Shown one piece after another: positions 1 to 14,640 of a stretch of DNA of 64,000 bases. The notes under the pieces were generated by a model. That model searched no databases. It worked only from the letters and a program-made list of their open reading frames with translations, and was not told the origin of the DNA. The position numbers were made by a program, and so were the translations under genes. Each line of letters begins with the position of its first letter. Position 1 is the stretch's first letter. Source of the stretch: Octopus bimaculoides (taxonomy: Eukaryota). The stretch is from the NCBI RefSeq assembly GCF_001194135.2, contig NC_068999.1, positions 298,534 through 362,533 of the forward strand. The letters run 5' to 3'.

Positions 1-322
1 TATGGAAAATATTAAGATTAATCTTGGAAAGCCAAAGAACATAAAAATAAACCATGAAGCACGAAAATGTTTTAATGTTAATCACTGGTTCTTTAAAATT
101 CTGAGATCTATGAGCAAGATCTCTATGTATGATCCTGTGTGTGTGTGTGTGCGAGTTTGGGTGCGTGTGCGCGTGTATGTGAGTGTGTGATATCAATAAT
201 ATTACGATATAAGAGAAAGGTTTATTTTGAGGGCAGAAGACGTGATTGGAGCCAACAGATCACATATTGTAGATTTGTATGAATTCACTATGTTATCTCT
301 AATAATATCTATGCATATATGG

Positions 323-357
<35 letters not shown>

Positions 358-1642
358 CATATATATGCATACATTAATATATATATAAATATGTATATAC
401 ATACATATATCCTTATACGTATACACACACACACATTCGTTTTTACAAATAGAGGCCATTACTAAGTGTCTGTTTTGCAATATTTCTTTTAAAAAATTAT
501 TTATGAGTTACCGAGGGTTGATAGGTTATCTAGCAACTTAGGAATTTTTTTTTCTTGTCTCTATCTATCACTCCTCTAACGCATACAGCTCTCTGTCTGT
601 CTGTTCATCTCTATGGCTGCCTATCTATCTCGCCTTCCTTGTTTCATTACTTTATTTCTTTTTTATCTTTATTGGCTTCGATTTACTCAACTCCTAAGTT
701 TTTGCGTAATGTATTTGTGGTGTTTTTTCTTTTTCTTCTATTCGTAGTATCACACGACTATTATTCTTATCATCATTACTATCATATATTAATAGTACGA
801 ATATCGTCCTCCTCCCCCTCCTCCTCATCACCACCATCATCATCATCATTTTCATCATCATCATCATCATCATCATCAGTAATAACTAATGATTTAGCCT
901 GTTGAAACCCTTTGAAACTGGTGTCAGTATTTCATTTTGTTTTTGTCTTGGTTCTTCTTTTCCCCACCAATAATAAATTAAGGTTTTTATTCATATCTTT
1001 GATATCATTATTCTTCAAGAACAACTATTATTATTGTTTTTGTTGTTGCCATTATAGTTATCATCACCATCACCATCACCATGAAAATCAGTATCATGCA
1101 GACGATGACAATGATCACTTCCATTACCACCACTACCACCACCACCATCACCTCCGACGCCACCAAATCATCATCATCATTTGTCGTCGTCATCAACATC
1201 ATCATTCTCCATTTTCATCTCTTCCTTCCTCTCAATGATAATAACAGAATTATTATTATTGTTATAAATATTATAAATATCATTAGTTTTATTATTGTTA
1301 TTTTTATTATTGTTATTAGTATTATATCATCGTACAGCTTATAAATTTATATACATTTGTATCTCCTTCTTTGGCTTGTTCATTTTGTTTTATCTTATGG
1401 GTTATTTATTGTCGATTTTGATGTTGTTGTTATGGTTTCTTTCATATTTACTTCTTTTGTTGTTGTTTCCAACGTTATACTGTCCCTCTGATAATCCCTA
1501 TGCTGATATCTGGAATATCAAATATATTTATTGCATGTTACTGCGATCAAGTAATTTTATTGACAATAATATACATTTACAGGAAAGCACTTCCATCTAT
1601 GCGATGTGTATGTCACTGTTTATTTATATCTATATTTTTAAA

Positions 1643-1695
<53 letters not shown>

Positions 1696-1945
1696 ACATA
1701 TATGTGTGCATGTATATATATATATGTATATATATCACTGTATATGTCTGTGGATGTGCGTGTACATATATGTGAGAGTATGTGTGTTTGAATTTGTGTC
1801 TATGCATTTATATATGTAAATATANNNNNNNNNNNNNNNNNNNNNNNNNNNNNNNNNNNNNNNNNNNNNNNNNNNNNNNNNNNNNNNNNNNNNNNNNNNN
1901 NNNNNNNNNNNNNNNNNNNNNNNNNNNNNNNNNNNNNNNNNNNNN

Positions 1946-1999
<54 letters not shown>

Positions 2000-2049
2000 G
2001 CATACATATACGTACATACACACATATACATTACAAATAGTGCGTGATT

Positions 2050-2226
2050 ATCAATCCAGGACAAAGTACTTCGTAAGTCCTCCGTTGGCACACCAGGCTA
2101 ACAATATTGTTTGGTTTAGTGAAGAGCTCCAACTATTCTCATGGCAGGGTCCAAGGTTATGTTCCTCTCAATTCTGTATTGTAAATCCTTGGATGGGCTC
2201 CAGACAAATTGGTTTTTACACAGAGT
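2050..2226 (-). mobile_element. Decayed C-terminal (restriction-like endonuclease region) fragment of an R4/Dong-type non-LTR retrotransposon
   Basis: Minus strand reads SKDLQYRIER...MRIVGAL*...PGVPT..LRSTLS, resembling the R4-clade C-terminus (Y.DL..EIER / IPV.VGALG / IPG / LR..LS). It contains in-frame stops. Confidence 0.5.
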
Positions 2227-2433
2227 GATATATAAGAAGCAAGTGAAAAATAATGGGCATTACATGTTTTTCCTTTATTGGAGCAGATCTGACTTACAGC
2301 AGTTTCTAATAGTCATTATAGTTTACTCAATTGATCAATTGATCAGTTGAGGAAAACTGAACGAACTCAGGAAATTAATACTACTTTCATCAGAGCCATT
2401 TCTGGTTTGAACAAGCAGAATACTAAAGGAATG

Positions 2434-3399
<966 letters not shown>

Positions 3400-3886
3400 T
3401 GTAAGTATATATACGGGTAAGTGGAAAAACGAAAATACACACACATATATATAAATATAAGATCCAAGGATTGAGGTGTAAGGAGTAGGTGAGCTTTAAG
3501 CAATCCGTAGAGTAGGAAATCTAAAAATATAACTTTCAGGAACAGTAATGGGTTATTGGGGCGGAAGGTTGTAGGTGTTTTTCTGTTTCGAAGTAGAATA
3601 AGCTGAAAAAAATTGCTTTATATTTCACAGTAGGCAGGCAGCCACGCTCGCCAGGTAAGCGAATAAAAATCCATGAGTTTAAAGAATGGAGAATACGTAT
3701 ACACAGACGCATACACACATGATACAAGTAAGAAGCTGATATTGTTTCGACCGCAGAGTTACCGCTAGAACAACAGAAATACTGGGTAACTTACTCTGAA
3801 AAGGCGGAAAAAATTGTCCACAAATATTTGTTTGGTTATATTTGACTCACCTCCATACATACATACATACATACATAAGTGTGTGA

Positions 3887-3923
<37 letters not shown>

Positions 3924-3925
<2 letters not shown>

Positions 3926-4113
3926 AGAATGTACGAAAAAACAACAACAGACGAGGACAGGTGGTGTAAATAACAAAAGGATGTATTAGTATGACGCTCA
4001 GGAATACGGAACGTCTTTGACGTTTCGAGCTACGCTCTTCAACAGAAAGAATACGGAGACAAGGAGAAAAACACGGAGAAAAAAATTGAATAGTGTTCAG
4101 TCAACGGTCAATC
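3924..4113 (-). mobile_element. ~190-bp repeat (family D) inserted in (TA)n, carrying a hammerhead-like motif; probably Penelope-like-element derived
   Basis: A clearly homologous second copy lies at 31638-31830. This copy is flanked by (TA)n on both sides. Confidence 0.7.
4014..4050 (-). ncRNA. Minimal type I hammerhead ribozyme-like motif with an A6U core variant
   Basis: Minus strand: UCUUU-CUGUUGA-A-GAGC-GUA-GCUC-GAA-ACGU-C-AAAGA. Stem I has 5 bp, stem II 4 bp, stem III is the palindrome ACGU, and the cleavage triplet is GUC. Confidence 0.6.
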
Positions 4114-4124
4114 ATATATATATA

Positions 4125-4159
<35 letters not shown>

Positions 4160-4162
4160 ATA

Positions 4163-4207
<45 letters not shown>

Positions 4208-4739
4208 TACACACAAATATCTATATTCAGATAATACCTCTATATATCTGCTATAATTTATATCTTCACATATTTGTGCGTACACCCCCATCTTTACATG
4301 TGTGCGTGTGCATGTGTGTGTGTGCATGTGTGTGTGTGCATGTGTGTGTGTGCATGTGTGTGTGCATGTGTGTGTATGTGTGTGTGCATGTGTATATATA
4401 TATATATGCGCGTGTGTGTGTGCTTATATGTGTGAACCTATCTTTCTCCTTAAATTTAGTAATATATATATATCTGAGTTTGGCAGTGTGTCCGTTTGGC
4501 TCACTATATATGTGTGTATGCGCTTATGTGCCTGTGTGCGCGCGTATTAAATGTATGCGTGTGTCTGTGCACATTGATTTGTGTATACGCGAATATATGT
4601 GTGTGTGTGTGTGTCTGTGTGTGTATGCTAGTGAGAGTATGTACGCTTGTACATTGTTAGCGAAATAATTAAAATATTTAATTTGATTTGCGTAGATTTT
4701 TGTTTGAGTTTATCGATAAGAAAGTGTGTATGGAATAGC

Positions 4740-5230
4740 AATAGTAATGGCGGAGATGAACTAAAATAAAAACAACAGCAGCAGCAACAACAGCAACAAC
4801 AACAACCATAACCATAACAACAATAACAGCAGCAAGAAGAAGAAAAAGAATGCTACTACTGCTACTGATAATAACGATGATAATATGAAGAAGTAGAAAA
4901 ATTAGAAGTGTAATAGTATTGTTCTTCTTACTAATACTACTACTAATATGAAGACGCAGAAGGAAAAGGAGAGGAGGAGAAAGAAGAGAATAAATGGAAA
5001 AAGAAGATAAGAAAAAGAAAAGGAAAAAGAATAAGAAGAAGTGGAAAGAGAGAACTACTACTACTACTACTACTTAAAATTCAAAACTGAACGAATCAGA
5101 AATCAAAATGAGGAAAACAACAACAGCAACAAAACAATTGTAGCAACATCAGCATCAACAGTAACAAGAACTACAACAACAACTGTGTCTATGAAGAAGA
5201 ACAACAGCAACAACACATTAATAATTCCTC
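4740..5230. repeat. Compound trinucleotide simple repeats (AAC/CAG/AAG/TAC)
   Basis: Direct inspection. Confidence 0.9.
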
Positions 5231-5241
5231 AAGTGTTTGAT

Positions 5242-5597
5242 CAAATGTTTGGCACGAGGCCAGTAATTTCGGGGAGGGGGGTAAAGTGATTGCATCGACC
5301 CCAGTGCTCAACTGGTACTTATTTTATCGATCCCGTAAGGATGAAAGGGAAAGCCTACCTCGCAGGAATTTGAACTCAAAACAAAGACGGATGAAATTCC
5401 GCTAAGCATTTAGTCCGGCATGCTAAATATTCTGCCCGTTCGCAACAATAATAATGATTTCAAAATATGGTATAAGGCTTGCAAGTTCGTGGGATGGGGC
5501 CACTCGATTACTTCGAGGTCCCTGTTCCGCTGGCATTTATTTTATCGACCCCGAATAGATGTGATGCAAAGCCGACTTCGGTCGAATTTGAACTCAA
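5242..5597 (-). mobile_element. Two tandem copies of SINE family B (5242-5445 and 5458-5597)
   Basis: Both contain the family hallmark, on the plus strand catcgaccccagtgctcaactggtacttattttatcgatcc...gaatttgaactc. Confidence 0.85.
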
Positions 5598-6021
5598 TAA
5601 TAATTGTAAAAACATCGACGATTTGTTTTATCAATGCTAATAACAACAACCAATCTGCCTGTTTCTCTGTCAACTATTCTCTCTTTCTATCATCTCCTAC
5701 TCTTTGTGTATCACTTCTTCTCATTCCATTTCCTCTCTCTTCAATGTCTATGTGCATACATGCATATCTATCTATGAATATATATCTTTATACACACAAC
5801 ACACACGCCGCACCCACACACCTCCACCCAAACACACATATACAACCCTCTCTTCTAATTCTTTCGTCTATTTCTTTCTCTCCCTTTCTATTATTTTACA
5901 TGTTTATCCCTTCTTTCGTTGTCCGCCATTCTACACGTCAGTTTTTCTGTTCTCTCTTTCGCTCTCCTGTCTTTCACTTTATTTCAATCGCTCTGCATCG
6001 CTGTCTTCATATATATATATA

Positions 6022-6077
<56 letters not shown>

Positions 6078-6880
6078 TGAGTGTGTGTGTGTGTGTGTGT
6101 GTGTATGCACACACAAGCCTATATAGATGTATATCCTTATATCTATATCAACACACACAAACACATACGTGTATGTATGTATATACACACATACATACAT
6201 ACGCTGGTTTCTCAGTTTTCGCATCTACATCTCTGTCACTATCTTTCTTTCGTTCTCTTCTTCCTCCTCTCTCTCACATTCATAGAACTTCCTCTTTCTA
6301 CATATATATGTATATATCTCTATTTCCTCCAATTTCTATCAGAGAGATATTCTCCAAGATTTCCATGTAGCATATTGATTTTTCATTTCTAAGAGGATTA
6401 AACTGAATAATTCTATTGATTTTTAAAAATCTGCACTTGAGGTATTTTCTACAATATCATTTTCAGACTAAATTCTTTATGCAATATTCTCTTGGAAAAG
6501 AGACAAAACAAAACGGTAAAAGCAAATAAGAAACAAACGAAAAAGAAAGCGGAATCAAACAAAATACAAAGACCTCAATATCAACAACAATAAATACAAC
6601 AACGGCAAATTTACAAGAATAAAACAAATGAAATAAGATTAATGATAATATAAACAAAAATAATGAAGATAGTGAGAAGCAGAGAACGATTTCAAATTGA
6701 CAACAATCCATATTTTTTGGAATTTCTTGAACAATATAACTTTCGGTCTTTCGTGAGAAACACTGAAAGATATATTATTACAGGAAGGAAGAATTTGATG
6801 AAGATTCAAAATGTTAAATGTAAGAAAGGACATGGCTATTACTATGTAATTAACATCATGTAATTTTGTCGAGATCCTTG

Positions 6881-6929
<49 letters not shown>

Positions 6930-8206
6930 CATTTGAACGTGTTGTGAGAATGAGCAAGTATATTTTTGGGGATGTACATATAGGTCTACAGGGACACATC
7001 TACATATTCAAAATCATCAGCTTAGATGTGATGATGGTGATGCCGATGCTGGGTATCATCATAAGAAGTCACTACCCCACCCCCACCCCACCACCATCAA
7101 CTTCAACGTTACGATGGCGATGTTGACAAGCATGATCATTATCATCATCGTCGTCTGCGTCTACGTCATCGTTTTTATCAACATTATGCACACCACTGTC
7201 TCCATCCATGTCATTACAGACGTTATCCTCCTCCTCCTCTTTTTCGCCCTCCTCCTCCCGTTTCTCATCATAACCACCATAATATCTGTCACCGTCATCA
7301 TCGCCATCTTTATCGTCATGATCGTCGTTGTCATTTGCAGTCGTTGACCTCATCGTCACGAATATCTTCCCCACCGTCATCTTTTTTTATATATCCTCCA
7401 CCTCACCAGCCTCCTACTCCTCTTTCCTCCCCTCCTTCTCTCCCATCAGTTTCTCCACATCGTTTGTAGAGACATTTTTCATTCAAGAAGGATTGTGTTT
7501 TGATTTAAATATGAAGTCTCGTTGAAATTCAAACTATTAACACGTTCAATACGGCTGACTAAACGAAATTTAGTAAGTCCTTCATTTTGTTGCCATTGGT
7601 AACGTCTATGTTTAATACACAGCTTGTCTTGATCATGTATGCTACACATGGGCAACAAAAATTACGTCATACATACCTGCTGCCCATTCTTTATTCCTCT
7701 GTAAAGTGCTTCTCCAGTGTAGAACTGGAAAAAATAGTGGCTCCACCCTCTTCGTGTCTTTGGAACTTCCGAACCCGGTTGCCTCTCCCGGATGCATTTA
7801 AAGACGTCCTCAGGACACAAGTGAGAATTAAATTATATCCAATATAGTCGACCAATAATGAATTTTTCTTACGTGTGTATATATTTACATGAAATATTCA
7901 TTATTGGTTAGCAATATTCGATATATCCTAATTCTCATTTAGAGATATTGATTTCTACATTTCCAACACCATTCTTCATCAATTCAACTTTTAAACATTT
8001 ATTCTTTCTGTCAAATATTAACCAAACAACACACACTATTTGCGGCGCTAGGATACACAGAGCATTAGTAATGTGTGACACTATTGTGCCACACAAAATA
8101 ATTTCATTGTATATGCGTGAATATATGTATGTACGTATGTATGTATGTATATGTGTGAGTATATATATGTGTGAGTATATATATGTGTGAGTATATATAT
8201 GTGTGA

Positions 8207-8247
<41 letters not shown>

Positions 8248-8569
8248 TAATACACAGAGAAACTTATACACGTGTGCATCGAAACATATCTATCTATCTA
8301 TCTGTGCGTGAATATATGTATATATATTTATATATAGAGATATATTCACTCGCACACACGCATATATACACTTAAAAGTGTTTGTATATGCATTATATAT
8401 TACAATAAGGGAATGCTGTTAACACGGAATTATAAGAGAGCCCCCCCCCCCCAAAATCGAAGTTCCTATATTGATATTCACTTAGGAAAACTTGAAGCAT
8501 CAGACGGCACTTAACACCATCTGTGACCAATTCCGATGTACAACAATAGCCACCGATATCAGTGGAAAA

Positions 8570-8990
8570 TAGTGATACTGATGATGGTGTTGGTGGCGTG
8601 ATGTTGGTGACGTTAGTGGTGGTGGTGGTGGTCATTCTGGTATGAGTGGCGCTGACGGTGGTAGTGGTGATAGTGGTAAAGGCTAGGGTGGTGGTGGTGA
8701 CTGTTGATGTAGTAGTGGAGATTGTGGCTGCGTTAGTTCTGGTAGGTGATCGGTGATGGTCGTATTTGTATTGGAGTTGCTAACAGAGAAACTGAGCCTC
8801 TGGTAATAGCGGTTTTGTGTTGTAGTAGTAGTAGTAGTAGTAGTTGTGGTGGTATTAGTACTAGGTGGGGCAGTCCTGATGGTTGCCGTAACAGTAGTAA
8901 TAACGTCTCTAGTAGTAGTAGAAATAGTGGTACCCTTAGTTATAGTGGTGGTGGTGGTAGTAGTTGTTGCATAGTATTAGTCGGCGTAGC
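8570..8990. repeat. Degenerate (GGT)/(GTA)n simple repeat
   Basis: Direct inspection. Confidence 0.85.
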
Positions 8991-8998
8991 TTGAAGAC

Positions 8999-9055
<57 letters not shown>

Positions 9056-9456
9056 TATGAAGAGTGTGTGTGTGAATGCATATCATTTAGGCAACATATT
9101 TCATTGATTTCTTTTTAATTTCAAAAACGAATAACTTCACAACATTTGTTGTAATTAAAAAATACATTGAAGAATCTATTTATTAGCTTTATGTAAACGC
9201 ATTATGTGAGGTAGCAATGGAAGCTCTTGATTACTGCATGATACAAATGAATGCATTTCGCACAATACATATTTACTATGAGAATAGCAAATTTACAGAG
9301 GCAAAACGGAAACTTAACTTCTGTCATCATGATAACGGTGTTGACACAGAATGACAGACGCGCGCGCACACGCACACTTGCATACACACAAGTATATATG
9401 GATTTTTTAAGGAAAGATTTGCACGTGTCAGACATTGTGCGATAGATAGATAGATA

Positions 9457-9631
9457 GATAATCCCAAACTTTATTAATGAACATACTACAGGGACAATAT
9501 GATCGTTAATAGAAATAATGTGAAAGTAAGCAATAATATCATCAAAATTCCGCAGCATCCATGGATATATTATTTATATTAACGATCATATTGTCCCTGT
9601 AGTATGTTCATTAATAAAGTTTGGGGTTATC
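9457..9631. repeat. Near-perfect fold-back: 63-bp inverted arms with a 49-nt spacer
   Basis: 9457-9519 versus the reverse complement of 9569-9631 shows 2 mismatches in 63 bp. The left end abuts (GATA)n. Confidence 0.95.
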
Positions 9632-10646
9632 CTGACGATATTTGAAGGGTCTTTTTACCGAGAAAGTGGATTATACCACGGGATCAAGCATATCTCGTTT
9701 TCATAATCGTTTTTGTTTAGTGCAGTTCCATATATACAATGTACTCTACATTTGAAGCCATTTTGCTCATCAAAAGATACGATAGCTATGTATATGCAGT
9801 TACTATTCGCTAAATCCCGAAGTATTTCTTTGACAATCGTTAGTGCTGCATAAATACATTATATACATTCCGATAATCTTTAAAAGAGAACATATATATA
9901 TATATATATATATATAAATAACTTACTGTAAATACCTATAAAAACATCGTGATCGTCTCTATAAATTCAGAATGTCAGCATGATAGCCTAAGAAATGTAT
10001 ATTTAGATGGATTTTAAATTATGATAAATTAACAATTATAATAGAATCTTATCCTTTTTAGAATATACACCCATTGCATTAACTTAACAGAAAGTCAGGT
10101 GTTTGTTTCTCGGAGAAATGCAACATATTTCATTTCATTTTCACAATTTTGAACAAAGCATCGGAATTGGTAATTTCTTGTAGCTACAACCCTTAATGTT
10201 CATTGAAGAGTTTCCAAATAGAATTTATCATTTCCATCATAATTTATTTCCTGTACGCTGAAACATGTTAGAGAAAGTACACAATCTGTTATTCGCCAAC
10301 ACTGACGCTGCATTAACAATAGCCACTCTTCTTGCTTTCATGTAATTTACACATATGATACTGAAAACATAAAAATATCTGCTTTTTCATGTAAACAGAG
10401 GAGTACACATCACGATGTCAACGGATGAAAATTCAGTTGAGAAATTTTTGATGCGTTTTTCAAGATTATTTGACGATGAAACATACTTCTATTACTCAAC
10501 CTATTTAATAATGAGTTAATCAATAGTTTTTATATGTTGTCTAGATGCTTCCATTCATTAACCATTTAGATAATCGACACAGTGACACTTGCAGTACACG
10601 CTCAAGTAAACAGTCCTTGATAACAATAATAATAACAATAATAATG

Positions 10647-10854
10647 GATTCAAAATTTGGCACAAAGCCAGCAGGTTCGGGGGGTGGGGTTAAGTTGATT
10701 ACATCGACCTCAGTGCTCAACTGGTACTTATTTTATCGCCCTTAAAAGGGATGACAGGCTAAGTTGACCTCGGTGGAATTTGAACTCACAAAATGGACGA
10801 AATACCGCTAAACATTTTTTCGCATGTGCTAAATGTTCTGCGTGCTCGTCGCCA
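10647..10854 (-). mobile_element. SINE family B, near full length
   Basis: Hallmark central domain and tRNA-like head; (AAT)n/(ATT)n on both flanks. Confidence 0.9.
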
Positions 10855-11233
10855 TTATTATTATTATTATTATTATTATTATCATTATTGTGTGAGATAC
10901 AAATTTGATGCAGATTCTCTGCTCAAATTTCTGTCTCATAGTCAATGCGACGATCACACGCTACACACGTTCCATCCAAGTATTGGCGTAAACAGTGGAA
11001 GTGAGTTAGAAAGCTCAAATCTAATGCTCAAGCACAATGTTCAAAGTCAATCTGTGCCAAGCGGCTTCATTCTGCGTGCTTTAGATTCGCCACTATAGCA
11101 ACAGTCCGGATACTTATTGATCAGGCCACTATATAAATGGCCGAAACTAGGTATGTTACCGTGCGATCGAAACGGAACCTGTAACGAAACCGTTTCCAAG
11201 AATTACAATCTAGTAATGTAAAATTTCACGTCC

Positions 11234-11285
<52 letters not shown>

Positions 11286-11301
11286 NNNNNNNNNNACGTC
11301 C

Positions 11302-11373
<72 letters not shown>

Positions 11374-12165
11374 CACACTCCAGACGAAAACACAACTTCT
11401 ACAGAGAGATTTAAAACGAAGTTATTAAGAACTCTGATCAGAGGGTTTATTGAGAGAGAAAAGGAAGACTTAGCGAAATATATCGGGAAGGAAAGAGTAT
11501 AAGGAACTAATGTGAGGAAGGAACGGAAAGAAGCAGAATATTAAGAGTTATAGAGGAAGTGGGAGTAGAAAGATACGAGCGATAGCAAGAGGCGGAGCGT
11601 TCGCTGAATAATATGTACAGCTAGACTAAACACATACACACACACACACACACAATATGCACACACAATATGCACATACACACAAACAATATGCACACAC
11701 CTTTCGGAAAACTTGTCTCTTAAGATTTGCCTTGTTTGCTCAGCATTATGTGTATATGCTGTGTCTATGTACATATACAGAAATATATATTCAAACACAG
11801 ACACACTATATATATACATATATATTTATATATATCCACACATATACAAGCACATATGTATATATGAATATTCATATATATGCATATGTATATATGTGTA
11901 TATATACGTGTGCATACCTATGTATATAAATATATACTTATATGTATATAGGAATGCACACACAAAAATTACCTGTATTATACATATATATGCATATATC
12001 TATAAATCTAAACATATATACATACATATACACATATATACATGCACACATATATACATACATACATATACACACATATACACATATATATAGACATATA
12101 TATATATACATATACATATACACACATATACATATATACACATATAGACATATATATATACATAT

Positions 12166-12196
<31 letters not shown>

Positions 12197-12988
12197 CACA
12201 TTTGTATACATATACACACACACAGTATATGNNNNNNNNNNNNNNNNNNNNNNNNNNNNNNNNNNNNNNNNNNNNNNNNNNNNNNNNNNNNNNNNNNNNN
12301 NNNNNNNNNNNNNNNNNNNNNNNNNNNNNNNNNNNNNNNNNNNNNNNNNNNNNNNNNNNNNNNNNNNNNNNNNNNNNNNNNNNNNNNNNNNNNNNNNNNN
12401 NNNNNNNNNNNNNNNNNNNNNNNNNNNNNNNNNNNNNNNNNNNNNNNNNNNNNNNNNNNNNNNNNNNNNNNNNNNNNNNNNNNNNNNNNNNNNNNNNNNN
12501 NNNNNNNNNNNNNNNNNNNNNNNNNNNNNNNNNNNNNNNNNNNNNNNNNNNNNNNNNNNNNNNNNNNNNNNNNNNNNNNNNNNNNNNNNNNNNNNNNNNN
12601 NNNNNNNNNNNNNNNNNNNNNNNNNNNNNNNNNNNNNNNNNNNNNNNNNNNNNNNNNNNNNNNNNNNNNNNNNNNNNNNNNNNNNNNNNNNNNNNNNNNN
12701 NNNNNNNNNNNNNNNNNNNNNNNNNNNNNNNNNNNNNNNNNNNNNNNNNNNNNNNNNNNNNNNNNNNNNNNNNNNNNNNNNNNNNNNNNNNNNNNNNNNN
12801 NNNNNNNNNNNNNNNNNNNNNNNNNNNNNNNNNNNNNNNNNNNNNNNNNNNNNNNNNNNNNNNNNNNNNNNNNNNNNNNNNNNNNNNNNNNNNNNNNNNN
12901 NNNNNNNNNNNNNNNNNNNNNNNNNNNNNNNNNNNNNNNNNNNNNNNNNNNNNNNNNNNNNNNNNNNNNNNNNNNNNNNNNNNNNNNN

Positions 12989-13026
<38 letters not shown>

Positions 13027-13373
13027 TGTGTGTGTGTGTGTGTGTCGATTGCAGCGTGGGAGGTATTTATAAGCCATTTAGAATGACACACAAGTGCCGT
13101 TAGATTCACTTCAGCATTTAAATTTTATTTTCCGAAATATTTTCGTCGCTTTGAGGCTGCAACCTGTTCACTGACAGAATTCTGTGCTGCATCTGAGAAA
13201 GAAACACTTAGTTAATGATGTGTACGTGTGTATGTACGTAAGTACGTATGAATGTATGTATGTATGTATGCATGCATGCATGTATGTATGTACATGTGTG
13301 TGCGAATACATCTGTGTACATGCGTATGCATCTGTGCATGCCTATACACATGTATGTATGTATGTAAGTAGGT

Positions 13374-13757
13374 GGAGGCGCAATGGCCCAGTGGTTAGGG
13401 CAGCGGACTCGCGGTCATAGGATCGCAGTTTCGATTCCCAGACCGAGCGTTGTGAGTGTTTATTGAGCGAAAACACCTAAAGCTCCTCGAGGCTCCGGCA
13501 GGGGATGGTGGCGAACCCTGCTGTACTCTTCCACCACAACTTTCTCTCACTCTTTCTTCCTGTTTCTGTTGTACCTGTAATTCAAAGGGTCAGCCTTGTC
13601 ACACTGTGTCACGCTGAATATCCCCGAGAACTACGTTGAGGGTACACATGTCTGTGGAGTGCTCAGCCACTTGCACGTTAATTTCACGAGCAGGCTGTTC
13701 CGTTGATCGGATCGACTGGAACCCTCGTCGTCGCTACCGACGGAGTGCCAACAACGA
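13374..13757 (+). mobile_element. Well-preserved ~385-bp tRNA-derived SINE (family C)
   Basis: A box tggcccagtgg (13384-13394) and B box gtttcgattccc (13428-13439), followed by a long non-tRNA body ending gacggagtgccaacaac. Inserted in a (TATG)n tract. Confidence 0.85.
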
Positions 13758-14586
13758 CTGTGTGTGTAAGTATGCACATATGTACTTATGGATGTACGTG
13801 AGTAATAGGATAAGTGTGTAGACGTGTTTGTCTGTGTGTGTACATGTGAACGTATGTTTATGTACTGATATGTCTGTGTCAGTTCAAGTTGTATACATGA
13901 CTCTTACTTTGTTGAAGGTTGTATACACACACACACACACATATATGTAGAAATAAGGATAACGGTTAAAATTCAAATATGCATTTAAAAATATTTTCTA
14001 TTGTTTTTTATGATAATCTTTATTCTTTTTTTTACACCCAGACATACCACACATATATCTACACACTCATACGTGCATGTATGTGCATACTCATCATCTC
14101 ATCGTGTCGAAGTTATTGTTCTACGCAGATCCTGTCCTTAGCTGCAGTTTTTATAAGTTCAACAAAATATAGAAGAACTAAATTTTACCGCAGGCCATGC
14201 CTGCTGATACTCACCTGTCACGTGTTCACTGTTTATTCCTTTAAATCTCTCTACTTCACTTTCGATGCAGAAAACTTTCTCTTATCGTGATAAATGTTAA
14301 ATTATGTATATTTTTGTGAAGTCAATATTTTAGCCACGATCATAAGGTGTTCACCGTGAGACTGGAAATCTCGATCTCTTCGATTTGTCTTTGCAATGCT
14401 GCCTTTTTCTGACAGAGAATAACATTAATATTAATGCAATCTTCACTAGGAATGGGGAAAGCGGTGTTCTCTTTGCAACCGGAGTATACTCAAATTATTT
14501 AATAAATAAATACAGGACTATGTATATGTACCCACACGCCCCCTCACACACACACACACATAGGTAAATGCATGTACATATATATA

Positions 14587-14640
<54 letters not shown>

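Noticed and set aside
3735-3857. Mariner TIR-like end (reverse complement tatggaggtgagtcaaa)
   Set aside because: No partner TIR or transposase sequence nearby; too weak to call.
9632-9670. CTGACGA right after the 175-nt hairpin as a hammerhead core
   Set aside because: No stem II pairing before the next GAAA and no cleavage arm.
11226-11360. Apparent direct repeat acgtccagta(ca)n on both sides of a 10-N gap (likewise gataactcacatagacat around 35155-35164)
   Set aside because: Typical unmerged contig overlap; an assembly artefact.
13374-13445. tRNA gene
   Set aside because: It has A/B boxes but no complete cloverleaf and runs into a SINE body. All tRNA-like sequences in the window are SINE heads.
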